A stretch of DNA of 64,000 bases from Candidatus Nomurabacteria bacterium (GTDB lineage: Bacteria > Patescibacteriota > Minisyncoccia > Phycocordibacterales > UBA9973), in assembly GCA_026395965.1 (NCBI GenBank), contig JAPLXS010000006.1, forward strand, positions 118,683 to 182,682. The letters run 5' to 3'. Position numbers and translations under genes: made by a program. Below the pieces are notes generated by a model. It searched no databases and was not told where the DNA came from. It saw nothing but the letters and a program-made list of their open reading frames with translations. Position 1 is the stretch's first letter. Each line of letters starts with the position of its first letter. Below are positions 1 through 9,087 of this stretch, piece by piece.

Positions 1-47
1 CCTCAACTTAGCCCCAAAAATATTTATTTTTGGATTATTTTGAGACA

Positions 48-76
48 TTGACTTATATTAATATGTATCGTAAGAT
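48..76 (+). promoter_or_regulatory. sigma70-type promoter of the phoH-like gene
   Basis: TTGACT (48-53), 17-nt spacer, TAAGAT (71-76), 32 nt before the ATG. Confidence 0.6.
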
Positions 77-108
77 GAACAAAAATCATACTTTAACAAC
101 TAAATAAA

Positions 109-1431
109 ATGGAAAATCAAAAAAAACTAAAGATGTTCGTTCTGGATACAAACGTCGTCTTGCATGATTCCTCTTGTATTTATAAATTTCAAGAACATGA
201 TGTTGTAATACCTATTCAAGTAATAGAAGAAATTGATACCTTTAAAAAAGGCCTTGATGCAATAAACTGGCACGCCAGAGAATTTTGTCGAATAATTGAT
301 GATCTTTCTGAGGATCATATCTTTAATGGTGGTGTTTCTTTGGGTGAAGGTTCAGGTAAACTTACAATTGCAATGGCTAAACCACTGCAAGAAAAAGTTC
401 GAATGAATCTAAAAACTAAAAATGTAGATATGGAAATAATTAATCTAGCTTATTGCTTAAAAGAAGAGCGCCAAGATAGAGAGGTTGTTATTGTATCAAA
501 AGACATAAACCTTAGAATCAAATCAAAAGCCTTATGCATTCTTGCTCAAGACTTTATGCATGAAACAGTTTCAGATTTAAACATTTTATCTGAAAAAGTA
601 AAAACTATTGATGTTCCATCAAAAATAATCGATTTGCTTTATAAAGGTAAAATGCCTGTACCGTACAATATAAAAGACGCTACAGCGAATCAAAATTTTA
701 TCTTAAAAAGCGAGGTAGGAAATCAAACTGCTTTAGTATGTCACAGGAATGGTCTTTTAACATTAATATTAAAAGATTCTCAATCTGCATTTGGTATTAA
801 ATCTAAAAATTCAGAACAATCATTTGCTGTTAATGCACTCTTAGACACGACTATATCTTTAGTCGCTATTGAGGGTAAAGCTGGTACTGGTAAAACTCTT
901 CTTTCTTTAGCTTGTGGTTTATCACAGATGGAAAAAGATTTATACGATCAAGTCCTTTACTCAAGAGTAACAATTTCAATGGGAGATCGTGAAATTGGAT
1001 TTTTGCCTGGTGATGCAAATGACAAGATAGGTCCATTTATGAACGGTATGAATGACAACATCAATGTTATCATTTCTGCAAATACTGGAAATGTTGGAAA
1101 AATCGATGCATTCAAAAGAAATGAAAAACTTGTGATTGAGCCTTTGCCATTTATTAGAGGTAGGAGTATTCACAAATCATTATTTATTCTTGATGAGTGT
1201 CAAAACCTAACACCTCACGAAATCAAAACAATTGTAACTCGTGCAGGAGAAGGAACGAAAATAGTACTCATTGGTGATACACACCAGATAGACAACCCAT
1301 ATCTGGACCAAAAATCGAATGGTTTTAGTTATTTAATTCAAAAATTTCAAGACCAGGATTGTTATTGCTATGTGCATTTATTTAATGGAGTAAGATCATC
1401 TCTCGCTGAACTTGCTTCAAATTTGTTGTAA
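109..1431 (+). CDS. PhoH-family ATPase with N-terminal PIN domain (PhoH2-like)
   Basis: VLDTNV PIN start, SKDINLRIK, Walker A GKAGTGKT, RGRS, ILDECQN, TRAGEGTK, GDTHQID. Confidence 0.92.
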   Translation: MENQKKLKMFVLDTNVVLHDSSCIYKFQEHDVVIPIQVIEEIDTFKKGLDAINWHAREFCRIIDDLSEDHIFNGGVSLGEGSGKLTIAMAKPLQEKVRMNLKTKNVDMEIINLAYCLKEERQDREVVIVSKDINLRIKSKALCILAQDFMHETVSDLNILSEKVKTIDVPSKIIDLLYKGKMPVPYNIKDATANQNFILKSEVGNQTALVCHRNGLLTLILKDSQSAFGIKSKNSEQSFAVNALLDTTISLVAIEGKAGTGKTLLSLACGLSQMEKDLYDQVLYSRVTISMGDREIGFLPGDANDKIGPFMNGMNDNINVIISANTGNVGKIDAFKRNEKLVIEPLPFIRGRSIHKSLFILDECQNLTPHEIKTIVTRAGEGTKIVLIGDTHQIDNPYLDQKSNGFSYLIQKFQDQDCYCYVHLFNGVRSSLAELASNLL

Positions 1432-1448
1432 AAGTTATTTAAATCTTT

Positions 1449-1476
1449 AAAACCCTGAATTTATTCAGGGTTTTTT
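1449..1476 (+). terminator. intrinsic terminator
   Basis: aaaaccctgaa/ttcagggtttt stem with T tract after the phoH stop. Confidence 0.75.
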
Positions 1477-1481
1477 ATTTA

Positions 1482-1518
1482 TTACGGTTTTTAGACGTCC
1501 AACGTCTAAAAACCGTAA
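1482..1518. repeat. REP-like palindrome, family A (core AGACGTCCAACGTCT) with extended arms
   Basis: perfect 17-bp inverted repeat around a 3-nt loop; the core recurs elsewhere in the window. Confidence 0.8.
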
Positions 1519-1587
1519 ATTCTTTGACTTATATCTATATTTATGTTATGTTATTGAAAATATTGACCAATTTAAAAAATTTTAAAG

Positions 1588-1857
1588 ATGCCAAGAACAT
1601 TGTTTTTTCCAAAAATGACAGACATGACAGAAGATGATATAGATAAAAATATCATTAAACTTGAAGGAGATTTACCAGTTTTAACTCCATTTCACCTTCT
1701 ACATGTCCGATACTTTAGTGCTCCCCATTCGCGTCACAATGGAACACTTATCAAAATAGATGGTGATAAAATCACTTGTAATTCTTACGACAAAGACGAA
1801 TCATGTTTATCGGAAGAACACCCAGACTGTGAGGTTTATGAACTACTCATGGCTTAG
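1588..1857 (+). CDS. hypothetical protein
   Basis: 89-aa ORF with its own TTGACT-17-TATGTT promoter (1524-1552) and terminator (1883-1910). Confidence 0.65.
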   Translation: MPRTLFFPKMTDMTEDDIDKNIIKLEGDLPVLTPFHLLHVRYFSAPHSRHNGTLIKIDGDKITCNSYDKDESCLSEEHPDCEVYELLMA

Positions 1858-2021
1858 TTGATTTATCAGCTATTTTAAAAATAAAGCCTCCCCAAAAAGG
1901 AGGTTTTTTTATTTAACTACTCTTTCGATTCTAAGCCATAAACCTATTGACTTTTTAACACAAAGTTGTAATATAACACAAAACAAACATAGTTCTACAT
2001 AACTAAAAAAATTAATATAAA

Positions 2022-2495
2022 ATGAAAAAAGCAAAGGTTATCATATTGAATTATAATGGTATAGATTTTTATAAAGTAGAAGAAGTCTATGCACATGCGA
2101 AAGACACAGAGGATTGGAAACTATGGGAGCTTGTATTTCAAACTGAACATTCTACCACCTATCTAAACTCACTTGAAGCTATAGTGCTTATACAGCTTGC
2201 CAAAAAGTACAACTACTGGCGGCTATGGCAAGAAGTCATGAAGAGAAAATTTGTGTTAGATTATTTGAAAAAATTAACACCAACAGATGCTATTGATCTT
2301 GCTAGCAAGATCAACGACTGGCATTTATGGAAAATAATAATTTCAAATCAAAAAGTTTTAGATTATCTTCAAAACCTTACACCAAATGATGCTGTCATTT
2401 ATTCAAGAAAACCTGGTCGTGATCCTTTATGGAAAAAAACCATAAACAGAAAAGATGTACAAGACTATTTGTGTGAAATCGAAAAAGTGGCATAA
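2022..2495 (+). CDS. hypothetical alpha-helical tandem-repeat protein
   Basis: about 33-aa repeats WxLW...VLDYL..LTPxDA; own promoter (1947-1974) and terminator (2514-2543). Confidence 0.75.
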   Translation: MKKAKVIILNYNGIDFYKVEEVYAHAKDTEDWKLWELVFQTEHSTTYLNSLEAIVLIQLAKKYNYWRLWQEVMKRKFVLDYLKKLTPTDAIDLASKINDWHLWKIIISNQKVLDYLQNLTPNDAVIYSRKPGRDPLWKKTINRKDVQDYLCEIEKVA

Positions 2496-2557
2496 ACTTT
2501 CATTAAAAACAACAAAACGATCCTATAATAGGGTCGTTTTTTTATATTGATTTCAGA

Positions 2558-2824
2558 TTATTTTAAAAACACCTCGAGTGCACCTTCGCCACCGTCTTGT
2601 ATTTTAGATTGATTATATCGAGCATTATGAGATTTTAAATAGTTTTTAACAAAATTGGGTAGTATTGGTCCATTTGCACTATTGTTCCCTTTGCCGACTA
2701 TTATGCGTACATGTTTATATTTCCTATCTTTAAATAATGATTTTAAAATAACTTCTGATTCGGCTGTTGTATGTCCATGTAGATCTATTTCTTTTTCAGC
2801 TTTTTGTTCATACTTGTTTGCCAT
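2558..2824 (-). CDS. stand-alone Smr/MutS2 domain protein
   Basis: IDLHG, IIVGKGNNS, GGEGALEV motifs. Confidence 0.9.
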   Translation of the reverse strand: MANKYEQKAEKEIDLHGHTTAESEVILKSLFKDRKYKHVRIIVGKGNNSANGPILPNFVKNYLKSHNARYNQSKIQDGGEGALEVFLK

Positions 2825-2849
2825 GCGACTAGTATAACACCCTAATTTT

Positions 2850-2864
2850 AGGGGTCCAACCCCT
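2850..2864. repeat. REP-like palindrome, family A variant AGGGGTCCAACCCCT
   Basis: 6-bp stem plus CCA loop; identical copy at 4313-4327. Confidence 0.7.
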
Positions 2865-2938
2865 AAAAAAGGGGTCGTTCACACAATCCCCCATCTATGC
2901 TAGAATCAAAAAAACAACGTTCTCTTAAATACAAAATC

Positions 2939-3379
2939 ATGGAAAATAAAAATGAGGTTCTATATATTGACCGCTCAATACCCTTTGACCTAGAAGAATT
3001 TATAGGCCATGGATGGTCTATAGTTGACCAAGACAACAAGGCCTTAGATATAAGTAGTATACTTATATCAGAGATTATACTAGAAAAAATATTTGGCGAA
3101 AAAAATGAAGACAAGATTAAATACTTAAATGAGCAAAACTATGTAGAGTTAGACCCTAAGGTACTTGAAGCATTCTGGAATAATCAAGAATTAATTCCCG
3201 AGGAATGGAAAAAAGAATCATATGTTTTTTTCGGTGCACTTGTTTTTAAAAACTGCTACGAAGGAGAACATCATTTTGTATTGTGCTTGTATTGGCGATT
3301 CAACCAATGGCATTGGGGATGCTACGATATTAGTCATGATTTTGTAAAGGCTAGCCCTTGTGCGATTATGCATATCTAA
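2939..3379 (+). CDS. hypothetical protein resembling CPR C-type-lectin-like (DGR-target-like) domain proteins
   Basis: IPEEWK..YVFFG..VLCLYW..WHW aromatic-rich C-terminus; ATG 2939 preferred over 2897. Confidence 0.6.
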   Translation: MENKNEVLYIDRSIPFDLEEFIGHGWSIVDQDNKALDISSILISEIILEKIFGEKNEDKIKYLNEQNYVELDPKVLEAFWNNQELIPEEWKKESYVFFGALVFKNCYEGEHHFVLCLYWRFNQWHWGCYDISHDFVKASPCAIMHI

Positions 3380-3492
3380 TTATGCAAAAAATTTAAACAA
3401 TATCTTTACCCTTTGTATTTTACACAAAGGGTATTTTTATTTATTAATAAAAAAAGCTATCACATATGTGACAGCTTTTGTTTTAATTAGAC

Positions 3493-4251
3493 TTACTTTT
3501 TTGAATTAAAAAATAATGCAATTTTTTTAATAATGAAAAATCTTGCCTCAGAATAATGTGGGGGTGTATTTTTAAGTGCCTCCATTAATTCAACAACATT
3601 TTTAGCAATTATACCCTCATTCATAGAAATCTTTTCCCATTTTTTAAGAGCTTTAAATTTAGCATTAGAATTTTCCGGTGAAAGTTCGCAAACTTCTTTT
3701 ATTTCTTTGCTATTTTTAGCAACTTCTTCCATTTTCAACAAAATCATTGTTGCAACATAAGAATTTTTGTGAACAGTCCCAAGTAATTTTTTAAGGAGCT
3801 GATAATTTTTTCCAACTTTTAAGAACTGGTCCAAGGAAAGCGCCTCATTTTTTGCTAAAGCCACTTGTTTGGCTTCAGAATTTTGAGGTGATTCTCTTAA
3901 TACCTTTTTAAAATCCTCTTGTGTTTTAATTTTATTCGCTTCTATCAAAGATAGTTCATCCCACTTCTTAAAGGCCAGTGCTTCATAAATAGTACCTACA
4001 GACACATTTTTAAACACTTTTCTTGCTTCTGTAGGACTAGTAACAAAACTTAACCAATCAATAAGTGCTTGTAATCTTTCATCAGAATATGCATCAGCTG
4101 AAAGAAAATTAATTCTTGCTTCGTCTATATTTTTCGGTTTATTACTATTTGCTTTTAGCGGCAAACCTAAAGCGAATTCGATTGTTGGAACAGATATTTT
4201 GGTTACACTAGCCATTTCAGAAATATCTACATTATTCTCATTTGAATCCAT
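3493..4251 (-). CDS. hypothetical helical-repeat protein
   Basis: 252 aa with recurring SPxNSEA..ALKKW units; promoter 4307-4279. Confidence 0.75.
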   Translation of the reverse strand: MDSNENNVDISEMASVTKISVPTIEFALGLPLKANSNKPKNIDEARINFLSADAYSDERLQALIDWLSFVTSPTEARKVFKNVSVGTIYEALAFKKWDELSLIEANKIKTQEDFKKVLRESPQNSEAKQVALAKNEALSLDQFLKVGKNYQLLKKLLGTVHKNSYVATMILLKMEEVAKNSKEIKEVCELSPENSNAKFKALKKWEKISMNEGIIAKNVVELMEALKNTPPHYSEARFFIIKKIALFFNSKK

Positions 4252-4312
4252 ATTATTTAGTTTTTAATTATTTTAATTAAAATAACACTATTTAAGATAA
4301 AAGTCAACTTAT

Positions 4313-4347
4313 AGGGGTCCAACCCCTACGTTAGGGGTTGGACCCCT
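4313..4347. repeat. REPIN-like doublet of family A palindromes
   Basis: AGGGGTCCAACCCCT followed after 5 nt by its reverse complement. Confidence 0.8.
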
Positions 4348-4391
4348 AACAATTTAAAAAACAACCAATGTTATTGGTTGTTTTAATGAAA

Positions 4392-4706
4392 TTAATATGA
4401 ATCTGGGTTCAGTCCATATGTATTTATTTGCCATTCTGTAAAAGAGAATCCGCTACCTTCTTGTGGGAGTTCTTCTTCTTTTGGTTGTTCTTTTTTGCTT
4501 ATTTTAGCTTTATTTTTCAAATTTATTACTGCACTTTTAAATGCTGATAATTCATTTGGTTTATAGCCAAAATAGCTACCATACTTCTAAAATAAATTTT
4601 TTAAGATTTTAAGATAAAAAGGCCCCTTTTCTCCTTTTTTTAAAAATGCTTTCTTCTTATGATATCTACTTGAGAGCTCATTAGAAACGTCTGCTAATGT
4701 TTCCAT
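4392..4706 (-). pseudogene. 104-codon ORF broken by one in-frame TAG
   Basis: ATG 4706, TAG 4589-4587 (codon 40), frame stays open to TAA 4394-4392; TTGACA-18-TATAAT promoter (4767-4738) and downstream hairpin near 4356-4384. Confidence 0.6.
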
Positions 4707-4870
4707 CTTTATAATATTTAAGGATATATTTGTTTGTATTATAAGACAGATAGGCGATTGTTGTCAATATCTAGTCGAATTTTATAAATTCCTAATCTGT
4801 ACTATTGATTCATTAGAATCATCTATAAGGATAATTTCCTCCCTCACCTCATATATGTTAAAATACGCTT

Positions 4871-6166
4871 ATGAAAAATAGAGCATGGGTTATAGTACTG
4901 GGTGATTTTATTTCATTTATAACAGCATTTATACTCCTTATATTAATCCGTTTTAAGAAAGCAGACTATCTTTCTGCTGTAAATAGCCATACGGTACCAT
5001 TTATAATACTCTATATATCTTGGGTTCTTATTTTCTATATATTTGGGCTCTATGACCTGCTCAACATAAAGCCAACTATTCCATATTTCAATAGATGGAT
5101 ACTAGCTCTTATTTCCTCTTTTACTATGGGTTTGTTATTTTTCTACTTTGTGCCGATCTTTGGTATCAGCCCAAAACTAAATCTCGTAATCCAAGTTGTA
5201 GGGTTTGGATTTTTTTCATTTTTATTGAGAAGAATGGCATACAATCTCTTTGCTAGAGCTATAACTCAACCTGCTATACTTGTCGGTGATTCATCGTATC
5301 TTGCTGAATTAGAGAAAACTATTGCATCCAATCCACAAATAGGTCTCCATGCAATCAACCACTTTAAAACTATCGGTGAAGTAAATCTAAATTTGAAAAA
5401 TATAAAAAATCTTGTCATTATTTTAGATAAAAATATTGAGAATCAAAACCAAAACATTTTAGAATTTTACAAAGAAAATATAGAGATTATTGATACCGCA
5501 AAAGCTTACGAAAAATATTTATATAAAATACCAGTAGAATACATAGATGTATCTTTTATTGTTGAAAATATTAATACAAAAAAAGATGTTTTATACTCAT
5601 TCATAACTTTTTTACTAAATATAGTATTTTCTATAACAATACTTATACTTACTCTTCCTTTCGTGATTATATCTGCCATCTTTATATATCTATATGATTA
5701 CGGTCCAGTATTTTATACACAAAAAAGGGTTGGAATAAATGGTAAAATATTTAAACTCTACAAACTTCGCTCTATGATCACAGACTCTGAAAAAGACGGC
5801 GCAAAGTGGTCCACAGGTACATCGGATACACGTGTGACTCCTGTAGGTAAAATACTTCGTAAGCTACATATAGATGAACTCCCACAAATGATAAATATTC
5901 TAAAAGGTGACCTATCTCTAGTTGGTCCTCGTCCTGAGAGACCAGAATTTGTAAACATACTTGGAAATGATATCCCCTACTACACACTACGCCATATCAT
6001 ACGTCCAGGATTTACTGGCTGGGCTCAGATAAAGTACAGATATGCTGGTTCAACAAAAGATTCCAAAGAAAAGTTTGAATATGATTTGTATTACATTAAA
6101 AATAGAAATATCTTTATGGATTTTGGGATTATAATGAGAACAATACAAATAATATTTACACATTAA
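4871..6166 (+). CDS. polyprenyl-phosphate glycosylphosphotransferase (WbaP/WcaJ-type priming sugar transferase)
   Basis: N-terminal TM helices, FKLYKLRSM, DELPQMINILKGDLSLVGPRPE, PGFTGWAQI, DLYYI. Confidence 0.93.
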   Translation: MKNRAWVIVLGDFISFITAFILLILIRFKKADYLSAVNSHTVPFIILYISWVLIFYIFGLYDLLNIKPTIPYFNRWILALISSFTMGLLFFYFVPIFGISPKLNLVIQVVGFGFFSFLLRRMAYNLFARAITQPAILVGDSSYLAELEKTIASNPQIGLHAINHFKTIGEVNLNLKNIKNLVIILDKNIENQNQNILEFYKENIEIIDTAKAYEKYLYKIPVEYIDVSFIVENINTKKDVLYSFITFLLNIVFSITILILTLPFVIISAIFIYLYDYGPVFYTQKRVGINGKIFKLYKLRSMITDSEKDGAKWSTGTSDTRVTPVGKILRKLHIDELPQMINILKGDLSLVGPRPERPEFVNILGNDIPYYTLRHIIRPGFTGWAQIKYRYAGSTKDSKEKFEYDLYYIKNRNIFMDFGIIMRTIQIIFTH

Positions 6167-6230
6167 ACAGCATTCAATAACAATCTTCTTAAGATAAAAA
6201 TGGGTTAATTTTATGTGTTTATTTACAGTA

Positions 6231-6260
6231 TTGACACTATGTGCGATAAAAGTATATACT
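6231..6260 (+). promoter_or_regulatory. near-consensus promoter with no downstream sense ORF
   Basis: TTGACA (6231-6236), 18 nt, TATACT (6255-6260). Confidence 0.7.
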
Positions 6261-6266
6261 TCATTA

Positions 6267-6354
6267 GTAACTAGCCATCAGGGACAAATTCCTCTTAGGA
6301 AAAGCGAAAGCTACCTGTATGCGCTGACCGCCCCGTAAGGGGCGGTTTTCTTTT
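6267..6354 (+). ncRNA. candidate DUF3800-associated structured small RNA
   Basis: three-way junction: AGC-CAU-CAGG/CCUG-u-AUG-c-GCU, UUCCU-cuu-AGGAA, AGC-gaaa-GCU; then terminator ACCGCCCC-guaa-GGGGCGGU-UUUCUUUU; GC-rich island in AT-rich DNA. Confidence 0.75.
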
Positions 6355-6355
6355 A

Positions 6356-6901
6356 TTAGTCTGAAATAGTTATTGAAATCTTTTTTGAAACTAGGTGATA
6401 GATATTCTTAATATTTTCATTTGCTGGATTTTCATTATTAAATCTTACAACTCCTGCAACAGCATCAGCTACACGAAGAGCAGGATAACCCTCGTCATTC
6501 CCTGTTTTAAGTTTCTTAACAGATATACCTTTATCTCGTAAAATTTTCTTAAATTTTCTTTCGTAAGTTTTATTCTTTTTTCCATCAATAATTAAATTTG
6601 TAATATTTTTTTCAATAATCAAATGTTCCAAGGCATACTCATATGCTGTATTGCTTTTAAATGGATTCTTTATAAAAGCAATTTTGATAGAAAATTCATA
6701 TTTACATATTTCTTCAATAAATTTTTGCCTAACAGCCCAAGTGCTATGAGACCAGTGGAAGTGTTTAATCTTTAATTTTTTTTCTGTTTCAATAACAGCT
6801 GTTTGAATAATATCTAATTTATTTATTTCAAGATAAACTAAAGCAATTGAAGATTTGCCGTCTTGTTTGTTTATTCCGGATTCATCTATAAAAATATACA
6901 T
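6356..6901 (-). CDS. DUF3800 family protein (RNase H-like predicted nuclease)
   Basis: N-terminal YIFIDESG, central IIDG, C-terminal LRVADAVAG. Confidence 0.85.
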   Translation of the reverse strand: MYIFIDESGINKQDGKSSIALVYLEINKLDIIQTAVIETEKKLKIKHFHWSHSTWAVRQKFIEEICKYEFSIKIAFIKNPFKSNTAYEYALEHLIIEKNITNLIIDGKKNKTYERKFKKILRDKGISVKKLKTGNDEGYPALRVADAVAGVVRFNNENPANENIKNIYHLVSKKISITISD

Positions 6902-7003
6902 GGGTATATTGTATCATTCATAACCTAGTGAGCAAGGCTTCGCCACCACCTCTCTTTGTATTTAAACCTAGAAAAAATGCTTTAAAAATGGTAATATATT
7001 TCC

Positions 7004-7831
7004 ATGAGCAACGGCCATATTACTATCATAAAACCAAAGAAACTCTTCAGTCTTTCTGACTTAAAGGAAGTCTGGGAATATAGAGAATTACTATATTTCT
7101 TTACATGGCGGGACTTAAAAGTTAGATACAAACAGACTGCTATTGGTGCACTGTGGGCAATATTTCAACCATTCATGACAATGGTTGTTTTTTCTGTTTT
7201 TTTTGGGGGATTACTTCAAATACCTTCAGATGGAGTACCCTATCCTATATTTGTCTACACAGGACTACTTTTTTGGCAATTTTTCTCTAGTGCACTTTCT
7301 GATACTAGTAATGTGCTTATCACCAATCAAGCAATAATTACAAAAGTATACTTCCCTCGTCTATTACTTCCTCTTTCTTCTGTAGCAACTAAGTTTATGG
7401 ATTTTGCCATAGCTGCAGTTATTCTAGTAGGTATGATGATTTATTATGGATACACTCCTCATATAACAGGACTACTTATTATTCCCCTACTCCTTCTAAT
7501 TACTTTTATGGCATCTGTAGGATTTGGACTTATCCTAGCATCAATAAACGTTAAATACAGAGACGTAAGATATGCTCTGCCATTCTTTATTCAAATACTT
7601 ATGTTCGTAACTCCTGTTATTTATCCTGCTTCTATTGCTGGTAAATACTCTTGGATACTAGCTCTAAATCCTATGATGGGAGTTATTCAGAGTGCTCGTG
7701 CAGCTCTACTGGGAACAACTGTTTTAAACTGGACACTTATAGGTATATCTCTAGCTGCCACAACAATATTGATGATATTTGGAATTTATACATTCAAGAA
7801 AACTGAACGTTATTTTGCAGATATAATATAA
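7004..7831 (+). CDS. wzm: ABC-2 polysaccharide export permease (Wzm)
   Basis: RDLKVRYKQT.IG.LW, ITKVYFPR, YRDVRY, LNP; six TM pattern. Confidence 0.9.
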   Translation: MSNGHITIIKPKKLFSLSDLKEVWEYRELLYFFTWRDLKVRYKQTAIGALWAIFQPFMTMVVFSVFFGGLLQIPSDGVPYPIFVYTGLLFWQFFSSALSDTSNVLITNQAIITKVYFPRLLLPLSSVATKFMDFAIAAVILVGMMIYYGYTPHITGLLIIPLLLLITFMASVGFGLILASINVKYRDVRYALPFFIQILMFVTPVIYPASIAGKYSWILALNPMMGVIQSARAALLGTTVLNWTLIGISLAATTILMIFGIYTFKKTERYFADII

Positions 7832-7835
7832 AAAT

Positions 7836-9086
7836 ATGGAACCCATAATTACAGTTAAAAATATTGGAAAGAAATACAATATAAACCATCAAAAAGGTGG
7901 ATATATAACTCTTCGAGATATCATAACCAATGCATTTAAAAATCCTTTTTCATTTTTAAAAACAAAAACTAAAAATATTTTAGGAATAGAAACAAAAGAA
8001 ATATTTTGGGCTTTAAAAGACGTAAATTTTGAAGTTATGAAAGGTGAAGTTATCGGAATAATAGGACGCAACGGTGCAGGTAAATCCACCTTACTTAAAA
8101 TACTTTCACAAATTACACCTCCTACTACTGGAGAGATACGAATCAATGGTACAGTTGGAAGTCTACTTGAAGTAGGTACTGGTTTTCATCCAGAACTTAC
8201 AGGTAGAGAGAATATTTTCCTAAATGGAGCAATTCTTGGAATGAAGAAAAAAGATATCGCTAAAAAATTTGATGAAATTGTTAAATTCGCAGATATAGAA
8301 AAGTTCCTAGATACTCCTGTTAAATACTACTCTAGCGGAATGTACGTTCGTCTCGCCTTCTCTGTAGCAGCCCATATGGATACAGATATTTTAATAATTG
8401 ATGAAGTCCTCGCTGTTGGAGATGCAGAATTTCAAAAAAAGTGTTTGGGTAAGATGGAAGATATTACACAAAAAGAAGGTAGAACTATCCTTTTTGTTAG
8501 TCATGATATTAAAGCCATAAAACAACTTTGCAATAAAACAATACAGATTGGGAATGGTCAGATTATTAATTTTGGAGAAACTGAAAATGTTGTAGAAAAA
8601 TACCTATCTATATCAAATGATATTACCTTAGAAAAATGGGAAAATAATAAAAATGAATTTAATAATGATTATTTTAAACCAGAAAAATTTTATATATCAA
8701 AAGAAAAAAATGATGAATTATCTATTAACTTAGAGGCAATAATAGATAAAATTGATAATTCTTTAACTGTCGGATATGCTTTATATTCAGAAGACAATAC
8801 GCTACTTTATTGGTCATATCAAATAGATGGAGATAATACCGATATACCAAAATTACAAATAGGTAGAAACATTATCAAATCAATAATACCTGTAGAAATA
8901 TTAAATAATGGTAGATATACAATAGAACTTATTGGCGGAATACACAACAAAGAATGGTTATTTGAACCAAATAAAGGAAACCCTACATTAACAATAGAGA
9001 TAGATAGAAAATTCAATACTTCGCATCTGTGGACAAAAAAAAGACCTGGATTATTAGCACCAACAATTAACTGGAAAAATAAATAA
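7836..9086 (+). CDS. wzt: polysaccharide ABC ATPase with C-terminal Wzt_C domain
   Basis: GRNGAGKST, YSSGMYVRLAF, IIDEVLAVGD, C-terminal beta-rich extension. Confidence 0.92.
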   Translation: MEPIITVKNIGKKYNINHQKGGYITLRDIITNAFKNPFSFLKTKTKNILGIETKEIFWALKDVNFEVMKGEVIGIIGRNGAGKSTLLKILSQITPPTTGEIRINGTVGSLLEVGTGFHPELTGRENIFLNGAILGMKKKDIAKKFDEIVKFADIEKFLDTPVKYYSSGMYVRLAFSVAAHMDTDILIIDEVLAVGDAEFQKKCLGKMEDITQKEGRTILFVSHDIKAIKQLCNKTIQIGNGQIINFGETENVVEKYLSISNDITLEKWENNKNEFNNDYFKPEKFYISKEKNDELSINLEAIIDKIDNSLTVGYALYSEDNTLLYWSYQIDGDNTDIPKLQIGRNIIKSIIPVEILNNGRYTIELIGGIHNKEWLFEPNKGNPTLTIEIDRKFNTSHLWTKKRPGLLAPTINWKNK

Positions 9087-9087
9087 T

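Noticed and set aside
4587-4589. Possible stop-codon reassignment
   Set aside because: TAG ends several clear genes (rplK, rpsG), TGA ends the GIY-YIG gene, and long conserved genes have no internal stops
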